Counted from the first letter of the stretch, positions 8,613 through 18,016 are shown. The stretch is 64,000 nucleotides of DNA from an archaeon (GCA_041661245.1 JBAZUY010000001.1:294876-358875), one strand, 5' to 3'. Notes: a model not told the origin generated them from the sequence alone. Numbers and translations are program-made.

Positions 8613-9530
8613 TTACTTTTGAAGATAAGCTGCTAAAAGTAAAGGAAACAAAATTGAAGCATCTCCTTGGACAGAAACGTGATTTGCTTCTTTGTTTATT
8701 TTATTCCAACTAACTGCTTCGTTAGTTCTTGCCCCTGAAAGAGATCCATCATAAGGATCCGTGGAATTAATGTAAATAGCATAATCAAGCCCGCCACGAA
8801 GTAAATTAACTCCAATAGTGTGATGCTTTGCCACTCCTCCTCCCAAAACAATTGCCGCAGTTTTATCTGCAGTGAGAACAATTTGAGAAAGAGACTCCTC
8901 CGCAGTATCATCAATTACAAAATCCTTATGATCTTGTTTAAACATATAAACTTGCAAACCAAATGCTCCATCAAGCATTGCTTGACAGAAAATCGGAATA
9001 TTATTTTTTGCACTCCAATAGAGGAAAGAATTATCATCATTTAATTTTTGGCCCATTCTCTTTGTAATATCACAAGGCGCCCAAATCTTTTTTTCAGAAT
9101 ACATTTCTTTTAAGATTGGCTGGATTTTTTTTTCAAACCAAATATATCGATCGCTTGGAACCAAAATATTTCCAATTCGGTTAATATCCTTTTTATTTAA
9201 TTCAACATCATTCAAATCAAAACTACCAAGCAAAAAAGGCATCTCGGATTTAATGAAATCTTCTTCAATTGAACCAACAGTAGTAATAATAACATCCACT
9301 AATTTTTCTTTTGCTATTTGCGCAAAGATTTCCCGCATACCACTTGAAACCATATTTGAAGTAAAAGTCAAAAAAACCGTGGCTTTATCTTTTTTCATTT
9401 TTCTTAGAATCGTAAGTGCTTTTGAAAGATTAGTCGCCTGCAAGCCGAAAGTCTCCATTCCCTCAACAAGCCCCGAAATGGATAAATCGGAGTTTAATTG
9501 AATTCCTTTAATCTCGATTTCTTTAACCAT
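8613..9530 (-). CDS. dys: Deoxyhypusine synthase
   Basis: 305 aa with the GGGVAKHHTIG motif. Overall collinear with archaeal DHS. Confidence 0.9.
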   Translation of the reverse strand: MVKEIEIKGIQLNSDLSISGLVEGMETFGLQATNLSKALTILRKMKKDKATVFLTFTSNMVSSGMREIFAQIAKEKLVDVIITTVGSIEEDFIKSEMPFLLGSFDLNDVELNKKDINRIGNILVPSDRYIWFEKKIQPILKEMYSEKKIWAPCDITKRMGQKLNDDNSFLYWSAKNNIPIFCQAMLDGAFGLQVYMFKQDHKDFVIDDTAEESLSQIVLTADKTAAIVLGGGVAKHHTIGVNLLRGGLDYAIYINSTDPYDGSLSGARTNEAVSWNKINKEANHVSVQGDASILFPLLLAAYLQK

Positions 9531-9601
9531 AATACCACTAAAATAAACCCACTAGCAAACAATTAAATGCCTTATTTTGCCTTGTTTTGGGCTCTAAAAA
9601 A

Positions 9602-10168
9602 CTAATCAAAAGTAATAACGTATTTCTTGTAGTTTGTTGGAAAATGCTCTAGTTTCTTTGCTTGGTCAGGAGTTAACCCTTCCAAATATTCTTGAATAAG
9701 CTCTAAGGAATTCTTGTGCGCACTTATCGCAACATTGACCTTTTCTTTTTGCATAAAATGAAGTAGTTGGGTCATAAAAGGAAACACTCTATTTCTAACA
9801 ACAGCCATGCTTTCCATTCCTGGAATTTTTTCCACTATCCTTCCATTTAGTCCATTCTCAAGAATAGAAGTATCCGCAAAAACACTTTCAAGTTGACCAG
9901 AAATCGCACCGTAATGCCTTTCACGCAAACGATGATCAATAATTACTTTTGCTTTTGGATGATACTTTAAAACTTCCACAAGTACTTGCTGGCCCCTTAA
10001 TAAATCAGAACAAAAACCAATACTAATATTTTCTTTTTTTAATTTTTTTGCAAGCTCTTTTGCCTGTCTTACCCCTTGTGTACTTAGAGGCAAGTTTAGC
10101 CAACCCATTAAAACATTCTTTTTTGCATGCACTTCTCCGTGACGGAATAAATAAATCGTTTGCTGCAT
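9602..10168 (-). CDS. Histidine phosphatase family protein (phosphoglycerate mutase-like)
   Basis: LFRHGE catalytic RHG motif at the N-terminus and a later AISAHKNS His. Confidence 0.75.
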   Translation of the reverse strand: MQQTIYLFRHGEVHAKKNVLMGWLNLPLSTQGVRQAKELAKKLKKENISIGFCSDLLRGQQVLVEVLKYHPKAKVIIDHRLRERHYGAISGQLESVFADTSILENGLNGRIVEKIPGMESMAVVRNRVFPFMTQLLHFMQKEKVNVAISAHKNSLELIQEYLEGLTPDQAKKLEHFPTNYKKYVITFD

Positions 10169-10230
10169 GACTATACAATTAGCTTTTGTTATTTATATCC
10201 TTAATCTTTGAATGTACAATTAGAAAAAAT

Positions 10231-10749
10231 TCACTTTTTGAGAGCTTTAACAATTTCTTCCCCAAACTCTTTTGCAACTACAGGACCTGAAGCAGTAATT
10301 ATTTTCCCATCCACAACAATAGGAGACCTTGAATATAACGCGCCATGGGCAGTCAAATTTTCTTTTTCAGAAGCAAAACAAGTTGCTTTTTTTCCTTTTA
10401 AAATTCCTGCATTTGCCAAAATACTTGGAGCAATACAAATAGCTGCAACAACGCGATTCATTTCAAAATATTTTTTTGCTAAACCAAGTGCTTCAGAATC
10501 AGAAAAATATTGCTCTGCACCAGAACCTCCAACAAAAATGATTGCATCAAAACCATTATCCACTTGACTCAAAGTAATTGTGGATTCAACAATATTTCCC
10601 CGCATTCCTTTTAGGGCAGCAATATTTTTTGAAGCAACAACGCATTCAATTTCCTTTTTTGCAATTATTGTACGAGGAATAAAGAACTCTTCATCTCGAA
10701 AATTATTTCTTGGAACAACAAAAACTACTCTCATAAAATCACAATCCAA
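10231..10749 (-). CDS. DJ-1/PfpI family protein
   Basis: 172 aa with the nucleophile-elbow AAICIAPSILA and GGSGAE. Confidence 0.8.
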   Translation of the reverse strand: MDCDFMRVVFVVPRNNFRDEEFFIPRTIIAKKEIECVVASKNIAALKGMRGNIVESTITLSQVDNGFDAIIFVGGSGAEQYFSDSEALGLAKKYFEMNRVVAAICIAPSILANAGILKGKKATCFASEKENLTAHGALYSRSPIVVDGKIITASGPVVAKEFGEEIVKALKK

Positions 10750-10778
10750 AAGTTTTCATGCGAAGTCAATTTATCTAT

Positions 10779-11327
10779 TTATGGCTTTAACTCCCTCTCC
10801 CAAGTATCAATAAAATTATCTACAATAACATCAAGAAAACTTTTTTGGTATCGAACTAAAATACCCAAAATGCCTTCTTTATCTTTTAAATAAAAGAATA
10901 ATTTTCCATTAGTATTTTTTTGAAGCACAACTTCTGACAAGAGTAATTTTTGCATGTGAAAGCTAGTTGTGGATAAACCCAACCCCACATTTTTGGAGAT
11001 AACTGGAAGAGTCGCCCTTCTTTTATTCATTAAAAATATTACGATTTTTCTTACAGATTCCTGCCTCAAAAGATTCATTAAAGTAGAATCAACCTCTTCG
11101 TTTTGAAGGGCATAAAAGTGAGAAAACTTTCCTTGCTTTTCTTCCCTGACAAAATTTTTCTTTTTCAAATAATCCAAATGATATTGTAAAGCCCCAGTAG
11201 CAATACTTGTTCGTCTTTGAATCTCTCTAAAATGAAGCCCAGGGTTTTGAACAATAGTTGAATAAATTTTATCCCTTGGAGTAAGCGCCATTGCTTCTTG
11301 GATATTTTTTAACATCAAATTCACCAA
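10779..11327 (-). CDS. ArsR-like transcriptional regulator with two winged-helix units
   Basis: IYSTIVQNPGLHFREIQRRTSIATGALQYHLDYLKKKNFV, plus a second wHTH (VISKNVGLGLSTTSFHMQKLLLSEVV). Confidence 0.6.
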   Translation of the reverse strand: MVNLMLKNIQEAMALTPRDKIYSTIVQNPGLHFREIQRRTSIATGALQYHLDYLKKKNFVREEKQGKFSHFYALQNEEVDSTLMNLLRQESVRKIVIFLMNKRRATLPVISKNVGLGLSTTSFHMQKLLLSEVVLQKNTNGKLFFYLKDKEGILGILVRYQKSFLDVIVDNFIDTWERELKP

Positions 11328-11343
11328 AAACTTTTTTCAAAAA

Positions 11344-11649
11344 CTACTTTCTAAATAATGCCACAAAAAAAGCAAGCATTATGCACAAATCAAGAAAACC
11401 AACAATTGATTTGTTCATAAAATCCCCTGGCGAGAAATAATAATCCGTTACAAGCAATGCTGATTTTACAAAAAATAATCCAAAAGCCCCCGCAACCCAT
11501 TTTAGTTTTGGAGAAGACTTTTTCTTTAAAGCTAAAACCGCTATCCCCGCCATTGCAATTGAAACAATCAAAAGAACCCACAAAGTCAAAGGTTCAATTA
11601 CTCCTACAAAATTAACTCCTTCTCTTAAAAAATCCCAAGGGGCAGACAT
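11344..11649 (-). CDS. Small membrane protein (3 TM)
   Basis: 101 aa, hydrophobic, immediately upstream of the ArsR-like gene on the same strand. Confidence 0.4.
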   Translation of the reverse strand: MSAPWDFLREGVNFVGVIEPLTLWVLLIVSIAMAGIAVLALKKKSSPKLKWVAGAFGLFFVKSALLVTDYYFSPGDFMNKSIVGFLDLCIMLAFFVALFRK

Positions 11650-11708
11650 GACAAATCACCTTAAAGGAATAGAAACAAAGAGCTTAAAATCCAGCATTTT
11701 TGCTTAGA

Positions 11709-12104
11709 CTAGCCTTCAACAAGTTTCACAAAAACCTTTCTTTCTCTTGGACCATCAAACTCTGCAAAGAATATTCCTTGCCAAGTACCAAGAGCAAGAG
11801 CCCCATTTTGAACAATAAACTGCTTTTCACAACCCACAAGAGTGGATTTTAAGTGAGCATCAGAATTACCCTCAGCATGATTAAACTTAATGCTTGGAAC
11901 CAAGTGATCTAATGCATTCAATAAATCATTTACAACATCCGAATCTGAGTTTTCATTAACAATAATACCCGCGGTAGTGTGCGGGCAAAAAACAAGACAC
12001 AATCCATCTTTCACTTTTGAATCAGAAACTATTTTCTCAATTTGAAAAGTAATGTTAACTAATTCATTTCGCTTAGAAGTTTTAACTTTAATTTGGGTTA
12101 GCAT
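11709..12104 (-). CDS. YjbQ/UPF0047 family protein (secondary thiamine-phosphate synthase type)
   Basis: CPHTTAGIIVNENSDSDV, NSDAHLKSTLVG and LGTWQGIFFAEFDGPR. Confidence 0.85.
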   Translation of the reverse strand: MLTQIKVKTSKRNELVNITFQIEKIVSDSKVKDGLCLVFCPHTTAGIIVNENSDSDVVNDLLNALDHLVPSIKFNHAEGNSDAHLKSTLVGCEKQFIVQNGALALGTWQGIFFAEFDGPRERKVFVKLVEG

Positions 12105-12106
12105 TT

Positions 12107-13195
12107 TTAATCCTCTTCAAAAACCACGTTTTTGGGTTTAATTTTTACACACTTTTCTCCGTCTTTAACCTCGCCCAATTCCCAAACTACAATATTATGC
12201 TTTTTGCAAATCCTAAAAATCATTTCAGCACTCTCTTTCGGCGCCATTAACACATACCCCACACCCATGTTCAGAGTATAATACGCTTCCGCATCAGAAA
12301 TGCCCGCTTTTTCTTGTAAGAAACTAAATAATTCCGGTTTTTCTGGAACAAAATCAATTTCGTAACTCAATCTCTTCCTATTCCTCATTATTTTTTTCCA
12401 ACCATGCCCAGTTATTGGTTGCATATAATTAATTTGAGTAGAACTAACAAGATCAACTAATACTTTTGAATAAAGAGTGGTTGGCGTTAGAACTTCTTCC
12501 CCCACAATTTTACCGCTAGGTAGTTCAGTAAAATATCCTTCAGGAAGAGATTCCAATGTTTTTCTAATAAATGAAATACCATTTGAATGAACTCCGCTTG
12601 ACGCTAAACCGAATATTTTGTCTCCTGCTTTCATGTTTTGACCCACTGTTAAATTTTTTTTAGGATTAATTAATCCAATTGAAGCACCAGCTAAATCTAA
12701 AGCCCCCGGCTGAATAATTCCAACAAGGGAAGGAGTTTCCCCACAAGGAAGAGCCATTCCTAATTTTTCACACGCTTTTCTAAAACCTTCAAACAAAGAA
12801 TTAGTTTTTTCATCGCTTGAAAACCAATCAGACTTATGAGTGCTTAAAATATCCCCGTAAACAAAAGGATCCGCCCCAATTGAAGACAAGTCATTTGTGG
12901 ACATGGCAACATTATCCAAACCAATGTTCTCAAAATACTTAACCCCTTTTCCACGTTTGTCTAAAAACATTTTATCTGCAATAATATTTTTTGTCCCCAA
13001 ACCTTCAACATTAAACGCAAGATAATAATCCGAGTTTGGCAATTCTAATGCAACCGCGGATTCCCCAATAGTTTCAGGCAAAATTCGCACACCAATTCTT
13101 TTTGGCGCATCAAGATAGGGAGTAAATTTAGAGATTGCTGCTTTTTTTACAGGATCAAGTTTAGAATAATCAACAAATTCCGAATATTGCACCAA
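12107..13195 (-). CDS. purM: AIR synthase (PurM)-like protein
   Basis: NVEGLGTKN, VAMSTNDL, CGETPSL and SSGVHSNGISFIRK are collinear with the PurM motifs GTDGVGTK, VAMCVNDL, GGETAEMP and SSGPHSNGYSLVRK. Confidence 0.75.
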   Translation of the reverse strand: MVQYSEFVDYSKLDPVKKAAISKFTPYLDAPKRIGVRILPETIGESAVALELPNSDYYLAFNVEGLGTKNIIADKMFLDKRGKGVKYFENIGLDNVAMSTNDLSSIGADPFVYGDILSTHKSDWFSSDEKTNSLFEGFRKACEKLGMALPCGETPSLVGIIQPGALDLAGASIGLINPKKNLTVGQNMKAGDKIFGLASSGVHSNGISFIRKTLESLPEGYFTELPSGKIVGEEVLTPTTLYSKVLVDLVSSTQINYMQPITGHGWKKIMRNRKRLSYEIDFVPEKPELFSFLQEKAGISDAEAYYTLNMGVGYVLMAPKESAEMIFRICKKHNIVVWELGEVKDGEKCVKIKPKNVVFEED

Positions 13196-13214
13196 ATCAC
13201 CATCTTAAAATAAA

Positions 13215-15143
13215 TTAACAAACTCTAACCTGAACTAATTTTAGTTTTAGTACTTCTTGTACTTTTTGGGGACTAACTGTCCCTTTAGTTTCTCGCATTA
13301 TTAGCCCCGCTAAAAAGTTTAATGATTTTTCATTTCCTGCTTTAAAGTCAAGAACTGCTTTATCATTTGCGCAAATTATTTTATCAACAATTGCTTCAAG
13401 ATCCACTGTTTCCGAGATTAACAAATTATTTTTCTTCAAATAATCTGCGGGAGTAGATTTATCCCCAGAAATATAATTAATCACTGATTGCTTTGCATTC
13501 TTATCAGAAACTTTTCCAGATTTGATTAATTCAACTAAACCGACTAAATCTTCAGCTCTAATTGAAACATCAGCAAAAGATAAGGCATCATGATTCAACA
13601 CAGCTAGAACTTCTCTTGTCAAAATTCTTGCAGAAATTGAAGGATCTGCTTTCTTTTCAATTAAACTGTCAAATATTTTTCCTAAATTAAAATCTCCGCA
13701 TAATACTCTTGCATCATATTCAGAGAAACCAAATTGCCCCATTAGCCTTTTTGCTTTTTGTTCAGGCAGTTCAGGCATACTAGCTTTAACTTTAATCAAG
13801 TAATCTTTTGTCAAAGAAACTTTAACTAAATCCGGGTCAAAAATATAACCATAATCATCTTCAGTTTCTTTTTTTCTTAAAGGAACAGTCACTCCGCTTT
13901 CTGCATTAAAAGCTCTTGTGTGCTGTTCAATTACCCGCCCTGCTTTAAATTCAACTTTTTGTCTAGCAAGTTCATAAGTAAGAGCTTTTTCTGCAGCAGC
14001 ATAACCTGAAACATTTTTTATTTCAGTTCTTAATCCGCCATTAATGGAGATATTACAATCCGCTTTCAAAGTAGTATCAGGACGTAATACATGCAAATAA
14101 CTCAAAATGTTTTCCAACGTATTCAAAAATTCCCTTGCTTCGGCAGGAGAAGATAAATCTGGTTCAGTTACTATTTCAATTAAAGGAAGTCCTGAACGAT
14201 TATAATCAATTAAAACGTAATTACTTTTCCCCATTCCATCCGGATGAACTAATGCGGCAGGATCCCATTCAATATGCGCTCTTCGTATCCGCACTTTTTT
14301 TCCACTCGGAAGAATTATTTCCCCCTTTTCTGCAATAGGAACTTCATATTGAGTGATTTGATAATTCATTGCCATATCTGGGTAAAAGTATGTTTTTCTT
14401 GAAAAAAAGAAATCCTCATTAATTTTGCAATTTAAAGCAAGCCCGACTTTTGTTGCAAGTTCAACCGCTTTTTCATTTAACACGGGCTTACTACCAGGGT
14501 GCCCTAAACAAATTGGGCAGCACAAAGTATTTGGTTCAGCTTCAATAGAATGAACAACCTTTTTTACTTCATCACTTTTTTCTTCAATTAATTCTTCTTC
14601 GGAAATATTTGCAATGGAAAAGTTGTCCAGGATTTTGAGCAGTTCTTCTTTTTTAATTTTTATGCCCGCAGTTTGCGCACCCGCATTAAAAGACAATAAT
14701 TCGTTTGAAAGTAAATTTTCATCAATTACTTTTTTTATTCCTTCAATTGTTGGAGGAACTAAACCCACAACACAATTTGTATATTCTTTAACTTCCTTCT
14801 TTGTAGCCATCCTAATTTCCGAAGCATTAAGTAAAGCCATTGCTTTATTTTCGTCAAGTTTTCTATTTCCAGAGAGCACAAATAAAATCGGATTAGAATC
14901 AACAACATAAACCAAAGCTTTTGCAATTTGAGAAATATGAACATTTCTTACTCTTGCAGAATCAATCGGTCTTGTTACAGCCTCATGCTCAACAAACTCA
15001 AACTTTGACCCCTTAACTTCCAAATACTCTTTTACCCAAGGTTTTTGCACCGCACTAGTCGGACAAGAACAAAACAATTTGCTCTCAGTACCCAAGTAAG
15101 CATGAATTTCAAGCCCAATGATTACACTAGTTTCGTCAGTCAT
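13215..15143 (-). CDS. gatB: Asp/Glu-tRNA amidotransferase subunit B with an inserted YbaK/ProX-like domain
   Basis: GLEIHAYL...LFCSCPT, then an insertion of about 175 aa, then LCCPICLGHPGSKPVLN, the IEWDPA region and a YqeY-like tail (LNFLAGLIMRETKG). 642 aa versus about 470-480 for a typical GatB. Shares ATGA overlaps with neighbouring genes. Confidence 0.9.
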   Translation of the reverse strand: MTDETSVIIGLEIHAYLGTESKLFCSCPTSAVQKPWVKEYLEVKGSKFEFVEHEAVTRPIDSARVRNVHISQIAKALVYVVDSNPILFVLSGNRKLDENKAMALLNASEIRMATKKEVKEYTNCVVGLVPPTIEGIKKVIDENLLSNELLSFNAGAQTAGIKIKKEELLKILDNFSIANISEEELIEEKSDEVKKVVHSIEAEPNTLCCPICLGHPGSKPVLNEKAVELATKVGLALNCKINEDFFFSRKTYFYPDMAMNYQITQYEVPIAEKGEIILPSGKKVRIRRAHIEWDPAALVHPDGMGKSNYVLIDYNRSGLPLIEIVTEPDLSSPAEAREFLNTLENILSYLHVLRPDTTLKADCNISINGGLRTEIKNVSGYAAAEKALTYELARQKVEFKAGRVIEQHTRAFNAESGVTVPLRKKETEDDYGYIFDPDLVKVSLTKDYLIKVKASMPELPEQKAKRLMGQFGFSEYDARVLCGDFNLGKIFDSLIEKKADPSISARILTREVLAVLNHDALSFADVSIRAEDLVGLVELIKSGKVSDKNAKQSVINYISGDKSTPADYLKKNNLLISETVDLEAIVDKIICANDKAVLDFKAGNEKSLNFLAGLIMRETKGTVSPQKVQEVLKLKLVQVRVC

Positions 15144-15643
15144 TTTCTCATCCTCTTAACAAATACTTCATCGTACAAATCTAATCCTTCTTTTAAATAA
15201 AAATGTCTAGCGCGTTTATTTCTTCGGTCAATTACCACGCGAACAACATCAATTCCTTTTTGTTTAGCAATCTTGAAAGCTTTTTTTAATAAATGCTCTC
15301 CAACTTTATGTTCTCGATATCCCTTCTCAACATAAAGATCCACAAGTTCTGCTTCATTTTTCCAAACGTAAATTTGCATTGGTTCGTTTGGAATTGGATT
15401 AACTGCAACAAGTGCATACCCAATTAATTTACCCTTCTCTTCAGCCACGAGTACAAAAGAATCTTTTGATAAAATTGCAGCTTTATTTTCTTTTTTTATT
15501 TCATTTGCATAATCTTTCTTGAAAGTATAATACCAACCATATTTTTTGTGAAAATCCATTAACTCTTTTCCAAAAAAGGAAACCTTCTCCAAATCAGCAA
15601 GAGTTGCAAACCTGTATTTTATAATTGGTTTTTGTTTATTCAT
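15140..15643 (-). CDS. GNAT-family N-acetyltransferase
   Basis: 167 aa with the acetyl-CoA loop YREHKVGEHLLKKA. Its ATG overlaps the gatA stop (ATGA at 15640-15643). Its stop overlaps the gatB ATG (ATGA at 15140-15143). Confidence 0.8.
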   Translation of the reverse strand: MNKQKPIIKYRFATLADLEKVSFFGKELMDFHKKYGWYYTFKKDYANEIKKENKAAILSKDSFVLVAEEKGKLIGYALVAVNPIPNEPMQIYVWKNEAELVDLYVEKGYREHKVGEHLLKKAFKIAKQKGIDVVRVVIDRRNKRARHFYLKEGLDLYDEVFVKRMRK

Positions 15644-17064
15644 GCTTCCACAACCTTTGCAAAAGAATAAAGTCTTTTTTCTTGTAAGTGAGGAGCAATA
15701 GCCATTAAACCAACCGGCAAGCCATTACTAAATCCTGCATTAACACTAACATGAGGCAAGCCCGCAAGATTTGCAGGAACCGTGCAAAGATCCATTGCAA
15801 AGTTTTGCATAGGGGTAAGTTTTTCTATTTCATCAAATCTAGGCGCAGTAACAGGCATTGTTGGGCAAAGTAACAAATCGTATTTTTTGAAAGCACTATT
15901 AAATTCATCAATTAATTTTGTTCTAACCTTCATTGCTTTCAAGTAATAAGCATCACGATAACCACTCATTCTGGCAAATGTTCCAAGAATAATTCTTCTC
16001 TTGGCTTCTTCGCTAAATTCTTTACTTCTTATTTCTGAAAAATATTCATCAAAGTGCTTTCCTTGCACCTCCCCTTGAACACCATACCGAAGTCCGCACA
16101 ATTTTGCTAAATTTGTTGAAGCCTCGCAAGTAGCAATTGTATAATATGCACTAAGCGCATACTTCACATTTAATGGGAGAGTAACCTCTTCAACAACAAA
16201 AAACTTTTTTAGCTCATTAATCTTTGTTTGAATTACTTTTTTTACTTCCTCATCACACCCATCAAAAAAATCTTTTATTACTGCAATCTTCTTTATTACT
16301 GCTTCTTCTTTTCTAAATCCGTTTGCTAAAGAAGTAGAATCTTTAGGATCAAAACCGGCAATCACTTCAAGTAAAAGCGCAGCATCATCAGCATTTTTTG
16401 CAATTGCTCCAATTTTATCCAGGGAATTTGCATAATCAATTAAACCATATCTTGAAACAACCCCATAAGTAGGAGTAATTCCAACACTTCCGCAAAAAGA
16501 AGCAGGACAAGCAATACTTCCCCCAGTACTTTCTCCAATCGCTAAGTGATAAGTTTTTGTGTAAGCTGTAAAACCTGCAGCACCCCCGCTTGAACCCCCA
16601 CAAGATCGTGAATTATCAAAAGGATTTTTTGGAACTTTTTCAGTGTGTGTTGCAAATGTTCCAAACCCAAATTCATCCTGAGTAGTTTTTGCTAAAATAA
16701 TTGCCCCTTCTGCTCTTGCTTTTTCAATTACGGTTGCATCAAAAACTGGTTTATACCCTTTAAGTATTTTTGAACCAGCTTTGGATTCAATTCCTTTAAC
16801 ACAAATTGCATCTTTTACAGTTACTGGAACACCAAAAAGTTTTCCATAATATTTTGAGTCCTTTGTTTCAAAACTTTTTTTTAATTCTTCAAACTGTTTT
16901 AGAACATCTTTAACATCAAACTCTTCAATGTAATTTAATTTCTTGGATTCAGTTGTTTTAATTTCTGAAATAACTTGCGCAAGGTTTTTGTCCACGAGTG
17001 AAAAGTCTTTTCTAGCATTTTCAACAAAAAACTCAATTGTATCTTCTCTTTTCATCAAAATCAC
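15640..17064 (-). CDS. gatA: Asp/Glu-tRNA amidotransferase subunit A
   Basis: Amidase signature GGSSGGAAG. 474 aa. Confidence 0.93.
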   Translation of the reverse strand: MILMKREDTIEFFVENARKDFSLVDKNLAQVISEIKTTESKKLNYIEEFDVKDVLKQFEELKKSFETKDSKYYGKLFGVPVTVKDAICVKGIESKAGSKILKGYKPVFDATVIEKARAEGAIILAKTTQDEFGFGTFATHTEKVPKNPFDNSRSCGGSSGGAAGFTAYTKTYHLAIGESTGGSIACPASFCGSVGITPTYGVVSRYGLIDYANSLDKIGAIAKNADDAALLLEVIAGFDPKDSTSLANGFRKEEAVIKKIAVIKDFFDGCDEEVKKVIQTKINELKKFFVVEEVTLPLNVKYALSAYYTIATCEASTNLAKLCGLRYGVQGEVQGKHFDEYFSEIRSKEFSEEAKRRIILGTFARMSGYRDAYYLKAMKVRTKLIDEFNSAFKKYDLLLCPTMPVTAPRFDEIEKLTPMQNFAMDLCTVPANLAGLPHVSVNAGFSNGLPVGLMAIAPHLQEKRLYSFAKVVEA

Positions 17065-17103
17065 TTAAATAAAAATAAATTTAATTAATACAAAAAATTA
17101 ACC

Positions 17104-17406
17104 CTACAATGCCTTCGGCCCCTTAATGTAACCATCCTGCTTTAACTTAACCGAAACATTTTGTAAAGCCTCATCTAAAGTAAGAGTCTTTCCAGGAAGA
17201 TCTTTTCTAAACCTATTACTCATTTCAACAGGCTGAAAACTAGCTTTTGTATCAGTCGCATCAATACTGTCAAGTTTATTGAAAGAATCCAGAATTATTT
17301 CTTTTATTTGCGGAACGAATTTTTCAAGTTCTTCCTCAGTCAAAGTAAGCCTTGCATTAATAGCAACTTTTCGAATCAAATCCTTTGTTACTTCTATTTG
17401 AACCAT
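17104..17406 (-). CDS. gatC: Asp/Glu-tRNA amidotransferase subunit C
   Basis: 100 aa, directly upstream of gatA. GatC-like N-terminal helix (VAINARLTLTEEELEKF) and a C-terminal DGY..GPK. Confidence 0.7.
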   Translation of the reverse strand: MVQIEVTKDLIRKVAINARLTLTEEELEKFVPQIKEIILDSFNKLDSIDATDTKASFQPVEMSNRFRKDLPGKTLTLDEALQNVSVKLKQDGYIKGPKAL

Positions 17407-17488
17407 ATCAGAAATGGATGGAAAAGGTTTTTTAAAGGAAAAAGTCGGTAAGTAATACTTAAAGAAAAAGCATAATTAGGCGAAACAA

Positions 17489-18016
17489 ATGGCTGGGGGA
17501 AAAATACACGGACAGGGAGGACATGGCCGCTTTTCAAAAGAACTCCAAAGAAAATACGCGCATAGCGAAGAAGCACTGGCAAAAATTGCAAGAGCAAAAG
17601 AAAAAAGCGTCCGATGGTTTGAAAGAAAATCAATGGCTCTTAAGGAACACATTGAAACTAACCTCAACAAAACAGCTGTTGGTGCAATAAAAAATATTGA
17701 GGCTTCCACCAGTTCCAAAACCAGGACTCCAATCAGCAGAAACAACGCATTAGTCAGATTAATCGCGGTAGATCAATGGTTTTTCGAGCATGCAACAAAA
17801 AAAGCAAAAGAACTTGGCATTGAAAGAGAAGTCGAACCAGAAGCACTCCACTTGCTAAAAAGAGAAGAACGAGAAAACTATTGGGGAGAATTAGTTGGAA
17901 AACACGTGTACTTTGGATTTACGTTTCATGGAAGGACTTCAAAAGAACTAAAAGAAGAAATAGAAAAATGGAAGATTAGAGTTCCAAGAATCGCCCAAGG
18001 ACAATACACCAGATAA
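17489..18016 (+). CDS. Hypothetical basic protein
   Basis: 175-aa ORF with no motif I recognise. Antisense ORFs in the track look spurious. Confidence 0.4.
   Translation: MAGGKIHGQGGHGRFSKELQRKYAHSEEALAKIARAKEKSVRWFERKSMALKEHIETNLNKTAVGAIKNIEASTSSKTRTPISRNNALVRLIAVDQWFFEHATKKAKELGIEREVEPEALHLLKREERENYWGELVGKHVYFGFTFHGRTSKELKEEIEKWKIRVPRIAQGQYTR

Noticed and set aside
13215-15143. Possibility that the long GatB-like ORF is GatE, which naturally carries an insertion domain
   Set aside because: It retains the GatB-specific CPICLGHPG motif and sits with gatA and gatC, not gatD. The extra segment is located in the N-terminal Cys loop and resembles YbaK rather than the AspRS-like GatE insertion.
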